From Parasitella parasitica NRRL 2501 (lineage: Eukaryota > Fungi > Mucoromycota), in the NCBI GenBank assembly GCA_025201805.1, contig MU619252.1, forward strand, positions 124,001-188,000: a stretch of DNA of 64,000 nucleotides. The letters are read 5' to 3'. The notes below the pieces were generated by a model. The model made no database searches and was not told the origin of the DNA. It saw nothing but the letters and a program-made list of their open reading frames with translations. Made by a program: the position numbers and the translations under genes. Shown piece by piece: positions 28,059-43,353 of the stretch; the first letter of the stretch is position 1; each line of letters opens with the position of its first letter.

Positions 28059-31000
28059 GATTTTTGTGATTGAACGAAAAGAAAGTGAAAGTAAACGACA
28101 TCCAAATCCAAATTTATACACTCTCACAAGGGCAATGTTTTATCTTGTTTTATTGTTTGCAGCTTTGATTTTCGTCAGCAAGATCCATCCCCCCCCCAAT
28201 CTTTAGGTATCATTACTCCCTCAGCAAACAAGGTGAGCGGTCCCTTTTGGATAACGAATGATTTTGTGCTACTCTTAGTGATAGAATCAAACTACTCTCA
28301 AGGCTCTTTCTGTGGACAAAAGTGAGGCGAGTCCGTATTTGGAAGTTTGAAAACTCACCACTTTTGTCATGTGCACTCCTTGTAAAAAAGATAAAGAACA
28401 GAGATGTTGTGCTACGGTAGACCTTTTTTCAAGCAATCGTGCGACGCAAATCAATGATTTATTTTTCGTGGGAACCTTAATTGCTAGACTGGATATACTC
28501 TTACGAGTGAGTTTTTAAGATGTAATGTATGCATGTTCTTGTGTGCTTGTATTCATAATTAGAATCACCAGGTACAACGTTACTTTAAACTGTGAAGTGG
28601 AAAACTGCTAATCAAGTAACTACGTTTGAAGCTGACATTATATAGTGATTCCATGATTTCAATGCATATACGAGTCGATTCGATCAGGGTATATACAACA
28701 TTAAATGCTATTATTAAATATGAATGCATGTGTACTCATTTGACTACTGCTTGCATCCTAAGATGGAATAAAGCATGGGATTAGACCGTGTAAATCATTA
28801 CTCTGGTAACCATAGGTATGTCACTGCTCAATAAGAGCTGGCTGGAACATTGTCTTTTATACATAAAATCAGCATTGAGTAAATCTGTTGATTAATCGAC
28901 AGCATTTATCATTATGCTGTAAATTGACCAGAAAAATATCATGTGTATCATGTGTATCATGTGTATGCATTATAAGCAGTGCAAGAATTTGCAGTGCATG
29001 GTTATTATTAAATCAAGCGTGCTAATGTGAGTTTAATAATGTGGTATGCTATTTACTAATTATACTTATGCAACACAGGACTTTTATCATCAAGAAGAGG
29101 GGGGAAAGGCAAAGACAAGCAAAATTATTTCATGTACCTTTTGATCCATTTTATCCAGACCATGTTTTTTGTCCCAAAATCCTTATATCTACATGAATGT
29201 AATAATTTATGTTCTAGTGACGATATATACAAGGAGACTAGCTATATACTTTACATGATTACAAGCTAGCATGAAACTTGATTTAGAATTTCTTGTTTAA
29301 TTAGGCATAGTATAATCCCCCACTCGACGTGTGCACATCACACATAAATAAAAGCTTGAGCGTCGTACTAATAACCACTCAGCAAAAACAAACGGCAGCT
29401 CTGTCTGTTTATTGATAATGATTCATATTATATTTAAAATTAGTGTGGCTCAGCATCTGCAAAATAGGCCAAAACTAAAAAAGCTGTGCCGTACATGTGA
29501 CAAAATAATTCTTTCATTGCCATATAAAGTTATTGATGTCAAAGATCCTTTTCTTTTTGTTGCCTATTTGTCGCAGTAGGATGTTTCACAGACCCTAAAC
29601 TTTCTTTGGATTAGGTAGAGCAAGATGAGGTTGTACATTGATTAAGAATATAAATTTTACTATTGTGTCATTTCAGAAATGAAAGGATTATAGAGCGGAT
29701 GATTCAGAATTGTAGAACCAAGGAAAAGGAACATTGAATGGATCGATCTTGGTTGCAACAAATGGCTTGCCCCCTTGTTTTTTTATAGTTTTAACAGCCA
29801 TTAATAAAAATATTTCTTGAATGGAGATATGTAGATTCCACGCTCAATCAATATATCGGTATGCTCAGTCATCAGATTCCTTCCCTCCCTTCAGTTTCCC
29901 AATGATGCAAGAATCGAAAAGCAATACAAATATCATCTGATTCAACGTAAAATGATGACACACAAAACTGAATCTATCAACTTTCATAATTCTCGAATTG
30001 TTTTTGGTGTATATATGTAAAGAAAGATGTGTGAACTAAACAAGGTCTGCTTGAATACATTGTCGAGCGATAAAACCAATATGGAGCGTACATAACAACC
30101 ATTATCTGTGCTGTACATAACAACCGACAGATAAAAGTGGCTAAAAGTTGTTCTGGTGATAATAATTTGTTTGTAACATATATCTGAACTTTTTCTAGTC
30201 AAGGTTTCAATGCCATGTCGGTTTTGCCCTTTATCTTTGACCACTTTTTGCTTATCATTACTCACAAATTTATTTCTTTTGTCAAACGGCAATCAGCTCG
30301 GAGCTTGAGAAAATCATGAAGTTCAGTACAAAGTAGGCAATGATGATTTTGTGGAACACGAATACCTACGTAAATCAAACTAAAAATTTGACACAAAAGG
30401 CAATATAATATAAAAATTATAAAAGACAAACATGGTAAACTTGTGTTATTCTTAGTATTCTTTACTAAAATTGACATTAAAAAAAAAGGGATGAATCTCA
30501 TAAAAGCTTGATCTTAATAGACCGTTTCATGGACATCAAGTATAAGCATCATTCATTATGTCGTATACTAATCAACTACTCAAGTACATTTAGGGATTTC
30601 TCTTTTCAACCATGGTTGGTAACAGAGACTGCTATAGTAATCAAAATGTTTCTTTTTTCGATAATCATATAACACTGTATTTTGAGCAACAAAGAATTAG
30701 GAGATACAATATAAAGTCTCAACACGACTCATCGTGAGTTAGAACAGCCATTTTAGATCCATATATTGTATATTTTCTATGGGCAGCGTTTCAATATCAG
30801 ACCACGCTTCATATTGTTTAGGTAAATCAATGGATTTAAAGTCAAGACTGTAGATGTTAATGTTTAAAAGTAGCTGAATTACATTCAACAGGAAATCGAA
30901 ACACAAAATTACTGACAAGCTGTGATGTTCTGCTGACCATTAACGTTAGCAAAATTGCTGTAAGGAGCATGAAATGCATTTATTGAAATTATGGCATTGT

Positions 31001-31689
31001 CCGTTTCCTTTAACGAGAATAGAAAGATTAGTATTAAAGCTTGAAAAAAAAAAGAGTGCAAGGAGATGGCTACCATGGCTCATAATTTTTTCGTTCGTCC
31101 CCAAGTAAACAGCTCATGTCAAAAATCTATGACTACAAACAGTATTATATCAGTGATAGCACAAATAGTGATTCTTTCATGGCCAACTATACGTTGCACT
31201 CTCAAGAATCCAAACTCCTGGCTCTATAAAAGTTCTGACTGAGCAATTCTGAAGATGAGAAGCAAAAACAAATTCCACTCAATTGCACGAGAAATGTCGT
31301 TTTTACTGAAGCTTTTTCTTTAACGGCGGTAAAATCACAATTACACACTTTTTTCTCTTATACCGTATAAATACAATAAAATTTTATTTATTTTAGAGAC
31401 TGGCAGCCTCGCAGAGCGAGATGACCGGCTCGTAGATAAATATACATATATACCACGGCACGATACCATCCATTTCGCAGGTGCAATACAATAGGCTGCA
31501 TAAACTGTACAGCTCATACTTTTGGTGCCATTGAGCCATCATAGTTTGACGACTAGTCACGAGAACCATCCTTCGTTGCCAAAAAGGGAAGCTAACTGTT
31601 ATCTTGTTCGCATTTATTTCCGTCATAATAAATACCCCACTACATAAATTCACACAGTTTCCTCTTTTTTTTTCTTTTCCTCTCTCGAC

Positions 31690-33290
31690 ATGTTTGATTC
31701 ACTAAAACCAAAGAAAGGAAGCACAGAGGAAGAAAGAGAGCATCTTATAGCGGCACGCCCAGTCCATGTGGATGATGATGGACTCGAAGACAAATATAAG
31801 CTCGTATACTGGGTAACGTATTCGCATTTCAAAACAAAATAAGGTCATGTTCAGGCCAATTAACTTGCTTGGTAGATTTACTTTGTCTATGGCATTGCCA
31901 TGTTGTTGCCATGGAACGGTAATTACACAATCCTGTTACCGTAATTCAATACTTAACACACCTTTTAGTATTTATTACTGCTTCTGAATACTTTGCTAAG
32001 CGGTTTGCAAACACTCCTTATGAAGAAAAGTTTCAAAACTATTTCTCGACATATTTTACATTTACCAATTTATTGACATTTATGCTTATTCTTTACATGC
32101 AAAACAAGGTAAATCAAAATACGATAAAGGAAATCAAAGCTGACCACTCACTTGGGAACTTTTAAGGCTGCCTATCGTATGAATTCGTTTATACCCATCT
32201 TTATAAATACCATAGTGTTTGGTACATTAGCAGTGACAGTAGAGACTCAACTGGAAGGATCGGGATACTTTTGGTTTATCATGGTATTGATTGTTTTGAC
32301 CGGCATAACCACAGGTCTCTTTCAGAACTCTGTATTCAGTGAAGCAAGCCAATTACCGCCCAAGTATATGCAGGCAGTACTCAGGTATTTGTGTACAGAC
32401 ACCAAGTGTAGCTTTTTAAGGGTTCACTAACAAATTGAAATAGTGGCCAAGGTATCGCAGGTGTGATTGTAGCTGTTTCGTCGATTCTTAGTGCATTAGC
32501 TGGACACGCAAAGGATACTCCTGATGTATCATCGATCAGCCGATCAGCATTTTTGTACTTTTTATCTGCCTTCTTAATAACATCAGCTGCTTTGGTAGGT
32601 CGTGTTGTGGTTGTACGATTGCCATTCTATCGTCGTCAAATGAACGCACGCAGTGAAGTGGTTCGAGTAGAGGAGGAAGTTTCGACAGAGCAAAACTCGT
32701 CGGCTGAGATGGAGCATGTCAGTATCACGTCGGTTGTCCGTAAATCAAGCGGACTAATCTTGGCGGTGAACTATGTGTTTATCGTAACGCTTATTATATT
32801 CCCTTCAGTAACAGCACTAATCAAATCAGTCAGAAGACCCGAGAGTAACGTTTCAAGCAAGGCAGGCAGGTTTTTCGATGATGATATTTTTGTAGCTTTC
32901 CACTTTTTGCTATTCAATATTGGAGATTGGGTGGGTCGCACAATGCCACTGTCTAGCCTATTCCAAATATTCCAAGTCAAGTATCTTGTGCTATTGAGTA
33001 CTTTGCGCACAGTGTTTATTCCATTATTTTTGGTGTGCAACGTGGTTATATCGGAACAACGCAGATTGCCCGTGCTTATCAACAGCGACTTTGTTTATTT
33101 TGTTTTGATTTGGATATTTTCTGTCAGTAACGGGTGGATCTGTAGCTTGGCTATGATGGCAGCACCTCAGCTAGAATCGATCAAATCAGCTCACGAAAAA
33201 TCTCTTATAGGGAGCATAATGAGCTTTTCGCTTGTCGCTGGATTGGCTATTGGCGGATCACTGAGTTTTATAGCCAGATGGATGGTTTAA
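31690..33290 (+). CDS. Equilibrative nucleoside transporter (ENT/SLC29), 5 exons
   Basis: GIAMLLPWNVFITA, YMQAVLSGQGIAG, VTLIIFPSVT, FNIGDWVGR, SNGW. Confidence 0.92.
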
Positions 33291-33467
33291 TCAACCGTGT
33301 ACAACAAATAAACATATTTACAACAGAACGGGGGTAGTTTTTTTTTTTGCTTGCTTTGCTTTGCATGAAGGATATCAAAGCGTCGTTTTGTTAGCTGTAC
33401 ATTATATATATACCATAAAGTTATTTCTCGGGAAATCCTCCCCTTTTTTCAATTTTTTTCCAATATT

Positions 33468-33953
33468 ATGTCTCATTACCAGCATGTCCCATTTACTAGC
33501 AATCTTCAAATGTGGTCACCGGCATCTTCATCCGTATCACTAGACTTTAATGTAACAGCGTTTCCATATTCGACAGCAGCATCAACGCATACAGCCGCAA
33601 ACTACTATCACCATGAGCCGTTATTCTATCCGGCTGCATGTATTATCTGCGGATTATTTCATCACCCAGTTCCCCATACTATGATGAACTCCGCGGCAGA
33701 GCATGCAAGATCTGTAGCAACAGCGGTTGCCACAGCAACCTCGACAATCACAATAATCACGCCAGCACCATCAATAAAATCTCTACCGATTATTCCATTG
33801 GAAAGAAAGAAAAGGAAAAAGTGCCCCAGAATGACAAGAAAATCCAAGAATCGACTCTTCAAGTACTTCAAAACAACTTTTCGTAAACTTATTACATTCA
33901 AAATACCGCTTAGAAAGAGATACAACATACATCCTTTAAAACGACACGAATAA
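33468..33953 (+). CDS. Hypothetical protein (low complexity, basic C-terminus)
   Basis: 161-aa ATG ORF with no recognisable domain. Confidence 0.35.
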   Translation: MSHYQHVPFTSNLQMWSPASSSVSLDFNVTAFPYSTAASTHTAANYYHHEPLFYPAACIICGLFHHPVPHTMMNSAAEHARSVATAVATATSTITIITPAPSIKSLPIIPLERKKRKKCPRMTRKSKNRLFKYFKTTFRKLITFKIPLRKRYNIHPLKRHE

Positions 33954-34446
33954 AAGATGCAAAAAAGCTTTCTGGAAATCAAATTGAATAGGGATATTTT
34001 CGATTCGTTCTTGTATTTGTCACATACTGTATTGAGTTTCCATAAAGCAAAATCTATGGAAAAAGGGCTTTTCAGACCAATTAGACGTTTGCTGATTTTT
34101 CAGAGCTGTATGATTGTGTAAAGGCAAAAAGACAAGCGTTGGGTCTTTTTTAACGCTGCTAATTATGGCGATATAATATATAAACATGCATCTCTCCTCA
34201 GAGAGTCTTTTCTATATGATGAAATACAGTATTTCGGCTGCTTCTTTTGCTGTCAAAACAAGCATTTACCACCTGGCTTTCAAAAAAAAAGTCTCCTGAT
34301 GAAACGTGCTGTTGTTATTTGTTCCACATAATTTAAAGCATATATGCAATTTTTTTACCCACACAGCTTGATGAAATTAATATAAAGCCATCAAAATCCA
34401 TAATCCATATTTTTATCTTTGCCAATAAAACTTTTTCTTTGTTAAA

Positions 34447-34758
34447 ATGCCTCTTGCTAGACGTGAATCATCTGCTTCTACCTCCTCTACTTCCTCTACC
34501 TGTTCTTCAAAATCTGTTCATTTTGGGGAGAAGGAAACTGTATTTTACACTCATAATTCAAACGATTATGATCGCTCTGTTATGAGAGATCCTTATGAGA
34601 TGTCTGCTTCATTGGGCCGCATGTTTTTATCTGAACCTGAACTAGCCATCATTGAAAATCCACAACAAGATACCATTGTTGAAAGAAACACCTTTGCTAA
34701 TGCCAGAAGAGGCATTCAAGGTTATGCCGTCTGGCGTCAAATCAGATCTCGATCCTAA
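34447..34758 (+). CDS. Small putative PP1-binding protein (RVxF plus T-x-S-x-x-YDR-like motif)
   Basis: KSVHF...VFYTHNSNDYDR; TATA-like 'tataaa' at ~34381 and AATAAA after the stop. Confidence 0.6.
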   Translation: MPLARRESSASTSSTSSTCSSKSVHFGEKETVFYTHNSNDYDRSVMRDPYEMSASLGRMFLSEPELAIIENPQQDTIVERNTFANARRGIQGYAVWRQIRSRS

Positions 34759-35160
34759 CTGATCTTGTCAGTTACTATACCCTGTACAATACTATATGCA
34801 ATAAAAATCCATTCATATGTTTATAAAGTAATAATCTCAAATTATTAGTTGGATGTAAAAAGCTTTCTTGTTGATGTACATCATGTGTGGGTAAATTTAT
34901 GATATCTTGGCTGTTTGTATGCGGTATGGCGTTTTATCGAGTTTCCACAAATTTCACTGGTTCAAAGCATTAGTATCTGATCTGAATCGTTTTGTTGCAA
35001 CGAACTTACTTTTAAATAGTTTGGTCTGACGCTTTTGAAGTGGTCTCTTTTTATATACATAATCTGGTGTGTTCACCAAATTGTCATCAATTGGTTGAAG
35101 CGCTGCTTCGAGACTCTACAAAATGAAACCATATCAGAAGAGTACATTATAAGCCAGATG

Positions 35161-36383
35161 CTATAATACAAAACTCACATGAGGATTTTCAATATTGTGA
35201 AGACTGATAAACTGTCGAATTTCCTTATCCAACTCATCCTCAATTGCTTGGTTTTCAGCTAATACTTCGCCTAATGTACCCCTCTCTATCTTTCTCAAGA
35301 TTCGATCTCTTCTCGCAGGCTCATTGAGGATTGGCATCATGAATGATGGACATGCCTTTGAACTGCCAAAGAAACCAGGGCCAACGGAAAATGTAGGATC
35401 TTCCCAGTGAAATAAAGATGGATCATAGTTTCTGAATGGATTCTCTTCATGATTCACGATTTCTATGCCAACCATATCATCGCCTTCATCATCAGAAATT
35501 TCCATTTGAGAAGCTGTATCTTGAGAGAATGCAGCTAATTGAGAAGACTGTCTTTGTTGCTGTTGTTGCTGCTGTTCTTCTTCTTGCTTGGAATTTTGTT
35601 GCTCAACTTTCAATTGCTGCTGTAAAAGTCTCTGTCTACGATGAAACGGGTTGCTTTTAGACATTCTCTGGTTCTTTTTAGGCTGTGCCCCGCCCAATTT
35701 GAGACGAGGTGGTTGCGGTTGTGTAGATGAAGTCGTTGTGGATGATGCAGGCGATGAAACCTCTTGTCGAATAATTGTTGGCAATGGTTGTGAGGCACTA
35801 GTGGGCGCAATTTCGAGCCAGAAAGCCTCATCTTCAGTCAATATCCTGTCGCCATTGATGCTTGCGGCTGTACTCGTTGAGCTAGAGGTTCCTATGGCAA
35901 CCTTCATGTCTTCAACCTCTGATAATCTTCTCACCTTTAAGCGATCTTCACGCTTTTCATGATGGAAATATTGATCAACCCTTGTTCCAGATTGAGTAGG
36001 TGATTTCATGTATTCAATGGATTCCCTGTATTGTTGCTGTTGCTGTGAAGAAGAGGAAGCATCTTGGCTATCGACAATTGCAGAGAACGATGAAAGCTGA
36101 CTAGAAATATCTTCCGCTTGATATACTTCTGTCGCTTTCTTCAGTTCTTTTTTCAGATAATTGTATTTCTTGTAGAATTTCTCTGTTTCAGTAAGGCAGA
36201 TTAGCTATTGCACTATGATTGATGCAAAGAGCAAGAAAGCTCACCTATATTTGGCCTCTCCTTGATGTCTTCAATGGTAGCTGGTCTTTTGTGCTTTCTA
36301 GCAAACACATCTTCCCACTTACGTAGATCCTTCTTTGTACGCAAGACTCTCTTTTGCAATGCTTTGAATTCTTCTTGGTCCAT
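35161..36383 (-). CDS. Sld2/Drc1/RecQ4-N domain protein (2 exons; intron 36183-36244)
   Basis: N-terminus KKDLRKWEDVFARKHKRPATIEDIKERPNIEKFYKKYNYLK is the Sld2/RECQL4 N-terminal signature; the rest is disordered and Q-rich. Confidence 0.8.
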
Positions 36384-36655
36384 ACTACAACGCAATAAAC
36401 ACTCAAAGTGTAATAAGTAAAAAAAGATGTGCAATTTAAAGACTTCACAATGAATTGTTTGGATACATTGCTACAGTCACAAATGGTTATAAACACGGTG
36501 CATTGACACTAAACATGGTGTGGACGTGAGAAAGCGCGAGCGGCAATTTGCACATTGATGCAGTAAAACTTATCAAGATGCTGTATGCTATTTGTTTAAT
36601 TTATTATTACATTGTGCGTGGGTCATAATCGCCATTAAGATGATGGTTCCAGGAA

Positions 36656-38837
36656 CTAGATGAATTCGTTTGTTTTATCCCCTGCTGTATCAATGATCTC
36701 TTCTATCTTTTGCTCACTGAAAGATACAAAAATTATTAAATATTATCGTCTCCCGGTACCAACAAAATACAGGACTTACTGGGGTAGGTACGTTCGATTA
36801 GGATAAAATACATAATCCAGGTCAAGCCTATCCAGATTGGTCACATTAGACATGTAAATATCTGCAAACTTTCTGATTTTGTTTGCAAAAAATGAAGGAT
36901 TCTGATATGTTCTGAACACGCTGCCAAACGAGTGGTTGAATGCCGTCTTTAGTTTGATTCTCACTTGCTTCCTTTCTCCTCTCCACTCTGAAATGAGCGA
37001 GTCTAGCTCGTCAATGTGGAAATCCTTGCGCCACGACTGTGCTTCTTTTAAAAGCTTTTCAAGCTGCAATAGCCATGAGAGCGTGTGTCTATAGGAAGGC
37101 TGGTTCCTTATCTCAATTTCCTCTGCGAGTTCGTGAATAATCGCTCCCTGTTTAAGTAACATGGTTGTAAGCCTGTGTTTTTTAAAGCTCTTTTTTTTTT
37201 CAATATCAATTCCACATTACTGTATGCCATCCATGTTGCATCGAAGCATCCACGAGATCAGAAAATACATGATCGCCGAAATAAAGTACTTTGCTCCTGT
37301 ATACACAACGTGTTCTTGTTAGTTTTTCCATGCTTGATGTCAAACTGAGCATCAACATACCCATTCCAGCCTGTCAGTTTGGCAAAATCCTTCATATTTC
37401 CTCCTTGGTACACTTCACCCGGTTCAAACGAATTGACTTTGTCCCAATTAGGTTCTTGTACTCTTCGAAATGGACGATGTGATTTATAAAAGTCTGGTTT
37501 TCTGGCAGATACAATCACGCAATCAAACAAATCTCTCCAGTCGTCGCTTGAGGTAAGATAGCTCATACCTTTTGAGATGAATGCATTGGTGCTATTAGTC
37601 AACAGAAACGTCTTTTTCCCTCTTTTGCGAAGATTCTCCAGATAGCCCACTAGTTTAGGCGCTCTCTCCAAATAGCAAGACATGTCTTTCATGATCTCTA
37701 TGTGTAATGTGCCTCCAATACCATGAGTACCTGTATGCAAAACACGAGCTGCTGTACTGACATCGTCTGAAAGATAGCGAGGATGAAAGCTGCAACATGT
37801 GTTTATTTACAATTAGTGGTGTCTGGTAGATGTGTATTGTGTTGCTAGCCTTACTTCATATTATGATCTCGAAAATATTGCACCAAATCGCTCAGTAAAC
37901 ACGCTTGTGGTATCGAAAATAAATCACTTAATTGGAACATATTGTTCCTAAGGTATTCGGGTGATATGTGTCTTCCTTTGTGAAGTTGCATAATTTCCTC
38001 TATATTCTTGATGGGCTCTCTCCCCACTATCGTTAAAAAATTATCAATAAATACCATAACATGGGAGTAAGTAGCTATTACCGTGGACCGTATTCAGTTG
38101 TATATTAGCCATGTTATCAATCTTCATTAACCACCCATTATTAAAGTCTACGAAATAAAGTTTAGCATATGTGTTTTTCACACACTATTATAAATGAATA
38201 CATTACCATAGTGAAGACCCCGAATAGCGAAATCTGGATCAAACTGAAATTCTAACAGATGTACATGTCTGCATTAGCACTGTTCACCCCCAGATGTATG
38301 CTGCTTTCATACCTTTAATATGCTTTGGATATCTCAAGACATCAACAATGATATCCCGCAATGAATTATAGATTGTCAACGAGAGATTATCTGTGTAGTT
38401 AGCCAGTGTATACTGAACCGTGAAATAAAGGTCAGGTTTTCGTATAGATAACAAATGTTGTTATACTTGCATCATAATCAAATCCATAAACTTTGATGTT
38501 GCTGAGATTAAGCTCATTATTGATGAAGCTGCGTGTATTATCAGTAAGTAAATGAACAATAATATTAATGCGAGATAATTTACATTTCATTGGGGGAAGT
38601 GAATCCAAACCCACAAATATCTTCTGTCTGAGCGTTGATGATAGCCTTGTCATTCCATTTACCCTCCTTTAACGTATTCAATGAGAGAATGGTTGCTTTG
38701 TCTTTTTCGGCAGCATCTATATGCTGCAACTTCTTTTGCTGGTATTTTTTTCGCAGCAAGTCCACTACCCTTCGACCATCTGCGATATCAGTGAAATTAT
38801 GATGGTAGCCTCTTTTGATAATCAGTTTTCGGAACAT
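36656..38837 (-). CDS. 5'-nucleotidase domain-containing protein (NT5DC2/3, cN-II-like HAD), ~10 exons
   Basis: [68 protein letters not shown]-terminus looks like a mitochondrial presequence. Confidence 0.9.
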
Positions 38838-39379
38838 TTATCAGTTTCTATGTCATGTATACAGAGAAAATGTAAACTAATCAAATCGCCCGCCCTTTTT
38901 AAGTCTAAATATTTGTTGGTCTTGAGTGTTGCAATGTCACAAATCTAATGGTGATACGGAGAGCACATTCGATTACATATTATTCATGCAACCGATCACA
39001 CTTGATAAAACCAATCCTCAGAAGAAAGCGGTTATGAGTTATTAGTGATTTGTATCATTAGCTCCGCTATGGCGACAATCCTCACGCTCTATTTTTGTTC
39101 CCAGGATAAAATTATGTTTGCATTACTTTCCTGTTTTCTGTTGGGCAAGTGCTCAAATTGGTTTCGGAAAAGTGCATTAAGTTATATCATTCAGTGTTTT
39201 GCATATGATGAATTGATTTTGCACAGTTGAATAATGATTTACGTGTTCGCCAAGTAGTTTAGCTATCTCAAACCAGTTTTGTTTTCAACTTCGATTCAAC
39301 AAGTAGAGCCAACTTCGAAGACAACTTCTCTTCCGATGTGCCACAAGAGTCTATGAACTGCTTCAATGTCTTTTTAAAT

Positions 39380-39750
39380 CTGTATCTCGGAAAACAATGT
39401 CCAAAATGAACGCTACTTTTCTATACTACGTAAGCTCGGAAATCTTGGGATCCTTAACACAAGGGTGATTTGTTATTACAAACTCCAAGATGTCGAGTAG
39501 GTCAAATTCTTCGGTACCATCACCACGGTCGCCAATTATTCGATATTTTTCTGTGCGATCTGCATTTTCAGTACCACTCTTCCTTTGATTGCAACGGACA
39601 TAATATTATCATTGTAAGCACAGGTTGCAATTCTGGTTTCTGAGACATGATCTTTGAAAACTTGTCTAGCAGTACATGTATTCTTTCTGTACTTAAGAGA
39701 TTCCTCTACTTGGTTGCATATCAAACAAATCGACAGTACTGACACAGTGT
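39380..39750 (-). pseudogene. Highly decayed coding relic, possibly a Fanzor/TnpB-like RuvC-II/zinc-finger region
   Basis: IATCAYND..SVAIKG, LATVVMV..LT.. and GVCNNK loosely recall the Fanzor FG.G..KG / VV.DE..TS..C..C pattern; the catalytic residues are not intact. Confidence 0.2.
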
Positions 39751-40260
39751 ATTCCTCGCTCGTACATCAACAATGATAAGATACTACCATCACATTGACC
39801 TATTGCTTATTTTTGCTGACAAAGATAATCTAAGTGGCGGAGACAATCAAAAACGTAACAGTGACAAACTCTCAGGGGGAGATGTTTAGCTGGTGTGCAA
39901 AAGTGAATATAGCCCAAGTGCCCACTCTTCAGATTATTCTAAAAAATCAGCACCCTCATCTGTTGCATTTCCTAAGGCTGTAATCCTTATGGTTGGTTGA
40001 TGGCGTTTTTAAATGCTAGTTTTTCTTGATTTTTAAAAGTAAAAAAAAAAAACACTCATTGTAATGTTTTGCTGATTACATTCTAAATACGCAAGAAGCT
40101 GATTCTTTTTATCAAGATACATTGCTTGATTGATCAATACCCAACATTTTATTATGAGAATGGTAAATATTGTCATTTGTGAAAAAAAAATTGTTCATTA
40201 CCACTTTGTCAAATAAAAAACTAAACATCTCGAATTAAAAATTCGTTTGTCCGTTCAGAA

Positions 40261-40910
40261 CTTCTTCTAAAATGATTGTAGAACCGCGATTTAACTTGAA
40301 AGACCTAGTATTGACTTGGTGCTGTATGGAAAACACATTTTTATCCATGTTTTCATTGATATTTATAAATTTATCAGCTGATAGCACAAATTTACGTATA
40401 AAAATGGCACATAATCGATGATATAGGCTTCGATAAAAAGCAGACCAAAGCCTGTCTTATGCGCCATAAGAACAGGCATGATCATCGCTATCTGAACATA
40501 ACTTGCTTAATACTGAGCGATGTCTGTATCAAAAGTCATCTGCAAAAACAGTTTTATTTTTCATAAACTGTCGCTCATAACTTCTGCTAAAATGACAGTA
40601 GAATCGATATCTAACTTGGAAAACTTAGTATTGACTTGGCGCTATCTGACAACAACATTGGCTTCCATGTGTTCATTGATATCTACAAAATTATCAGATG
40701 ATATCACAAATTTACATATCATAATTGCATATAATCGCTGGTAAATTTTGTGATAACGAGCAAATCAAAGCCCCTCTTATGCGCTGTCAAATCAGGCATT
40801 ATCTTCGCTATCTAGGCATAAGTTGGTTTCCATTGGGTGATGTCTTTACCAAAAGTTATTTACAAAACAGTGTAATTTTTGATAAATATTAGATATTCGC
40901 TCATAGCTTC
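40261..40910. repeat. Diverged tandem duplication, period ~320 bp
   Basis: cttct.ctaaaatga..gtagaa, tagtattgacttgg, tcttatgcgc and tcgctatct occur in both units starting at ~40261 and ~40581. Confidence 0.8.
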
Positions 40911-41299
40911 TGTGAAAAGAGGAGTGCTGAGATCAAGCTTGAGTGAGTGATGATGCCTGTCTGGTGCTACCTATTGTTGAGGTCTTCGACTAAAGTTACA
41001 AGAAGGAACCCTTATTAATCGACATATTGTTTTCGATTATAAAGGGCTACAGAAAGTTTATTAAAGATCTGCCAGAATCGGTTTGCAAGACAATCAATGT
41101 ATCGCAAAGTTAATTTTCGCCTGTGCTTGTTCTAAATATAAGACAAGTCGGTATTTGCTGATATGGCGGCCAAGGAGGAGCAGGGGAGACCCCGAGAAAA
41201 CCAAGCATGATCCCCTCCTGGGATACTTCTGGGCCAACACCTGAACAATTGTCAACGTTTAATGAAATGATCTTCTAAAACACTGGATGTAAGAACGAG

Positions 41300-41870
41300 C
41301 CAGATGTTTCTCAAGGCGTTTCCGGCTTCGTCGATGGCCTCAATTTGGGAGCCAACAATCTAGTCGATGAACGTGAACAAAATGCCTATTACGACGGCAG
41401 GAAGTCCTGCTGCGCTTATTCATAAATTTTAGTTTTCACTCCAGACGATTTTATTCGTTATGTAAAGTAAGTATTATGATGAGATTATGCTCTTGTGAGT
41501 CTGTATACTAAATATTATCTTTCTTTATAGTGGCAATTGTCCCAGGTCATGGCCTGATGTAGACATCGCCATTTCAATGCATGTAAATCTTATAAACAAA
41601 AGTTGTTGTCCTGAGGTGGCAGATGCTGGGTTTCCTAAACCACACTAACCGTAAAGAAAAACTCTTTGGATTCCCAAGAAAAATGACATGAATGATTTGG
41701 TCTGAGGTGCGAAGCACAGACAGGCAGCTGAATGGGGGAATGAGGGCTGTTCAATCTGGTTATGGGCGACTTAATATGTTGTTAAGCAAAGACAAGGCAA
41801 CTCGCGCTACTTCTGCATATCGTCTGGAGATTACATAACTTCGGAGCTAGATTGGTGGACATTAATTAGT
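41300..41870 (+). mobile_element. PIF/Harbinger-like (DDE_Tnp_4) transposase relic with an intron
   Basis: EQNAYYDG, LVFTPD, NCP.SW.D, VADAGFP, RQAAEWG.MRAVQ..YGRL and HNF..RLV.IN in broken frames. Confidence 0.7.
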
Positions 41871-42106
41871 TTTCCACCCTTTACTTCAAAAAGTGGCAAG
41901 ACGATTGATTTTCAGATTTCTTGATTTGCATGACAAAAATAAACAATCTTTATTGGCGTGAATAAACGCTTATAAACAGTGCTTAATATTGAGATGGGCC
42001 TCGTATCTAACGAATTCGACATGTGCATCCTATACTTTCAGATATGAATTAATTCCCTCTAATTCTTAGTTCAAACTGCTCTTGATCAGTACATATAACT
42101 CTATGT

Positions 42107-43353
<1,247 letters not shown>

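Noticed and set aside
28939-28967. (ATCATGTGT)x3 microrepeat
   Set aside because: Ordinary short tandem repeat.
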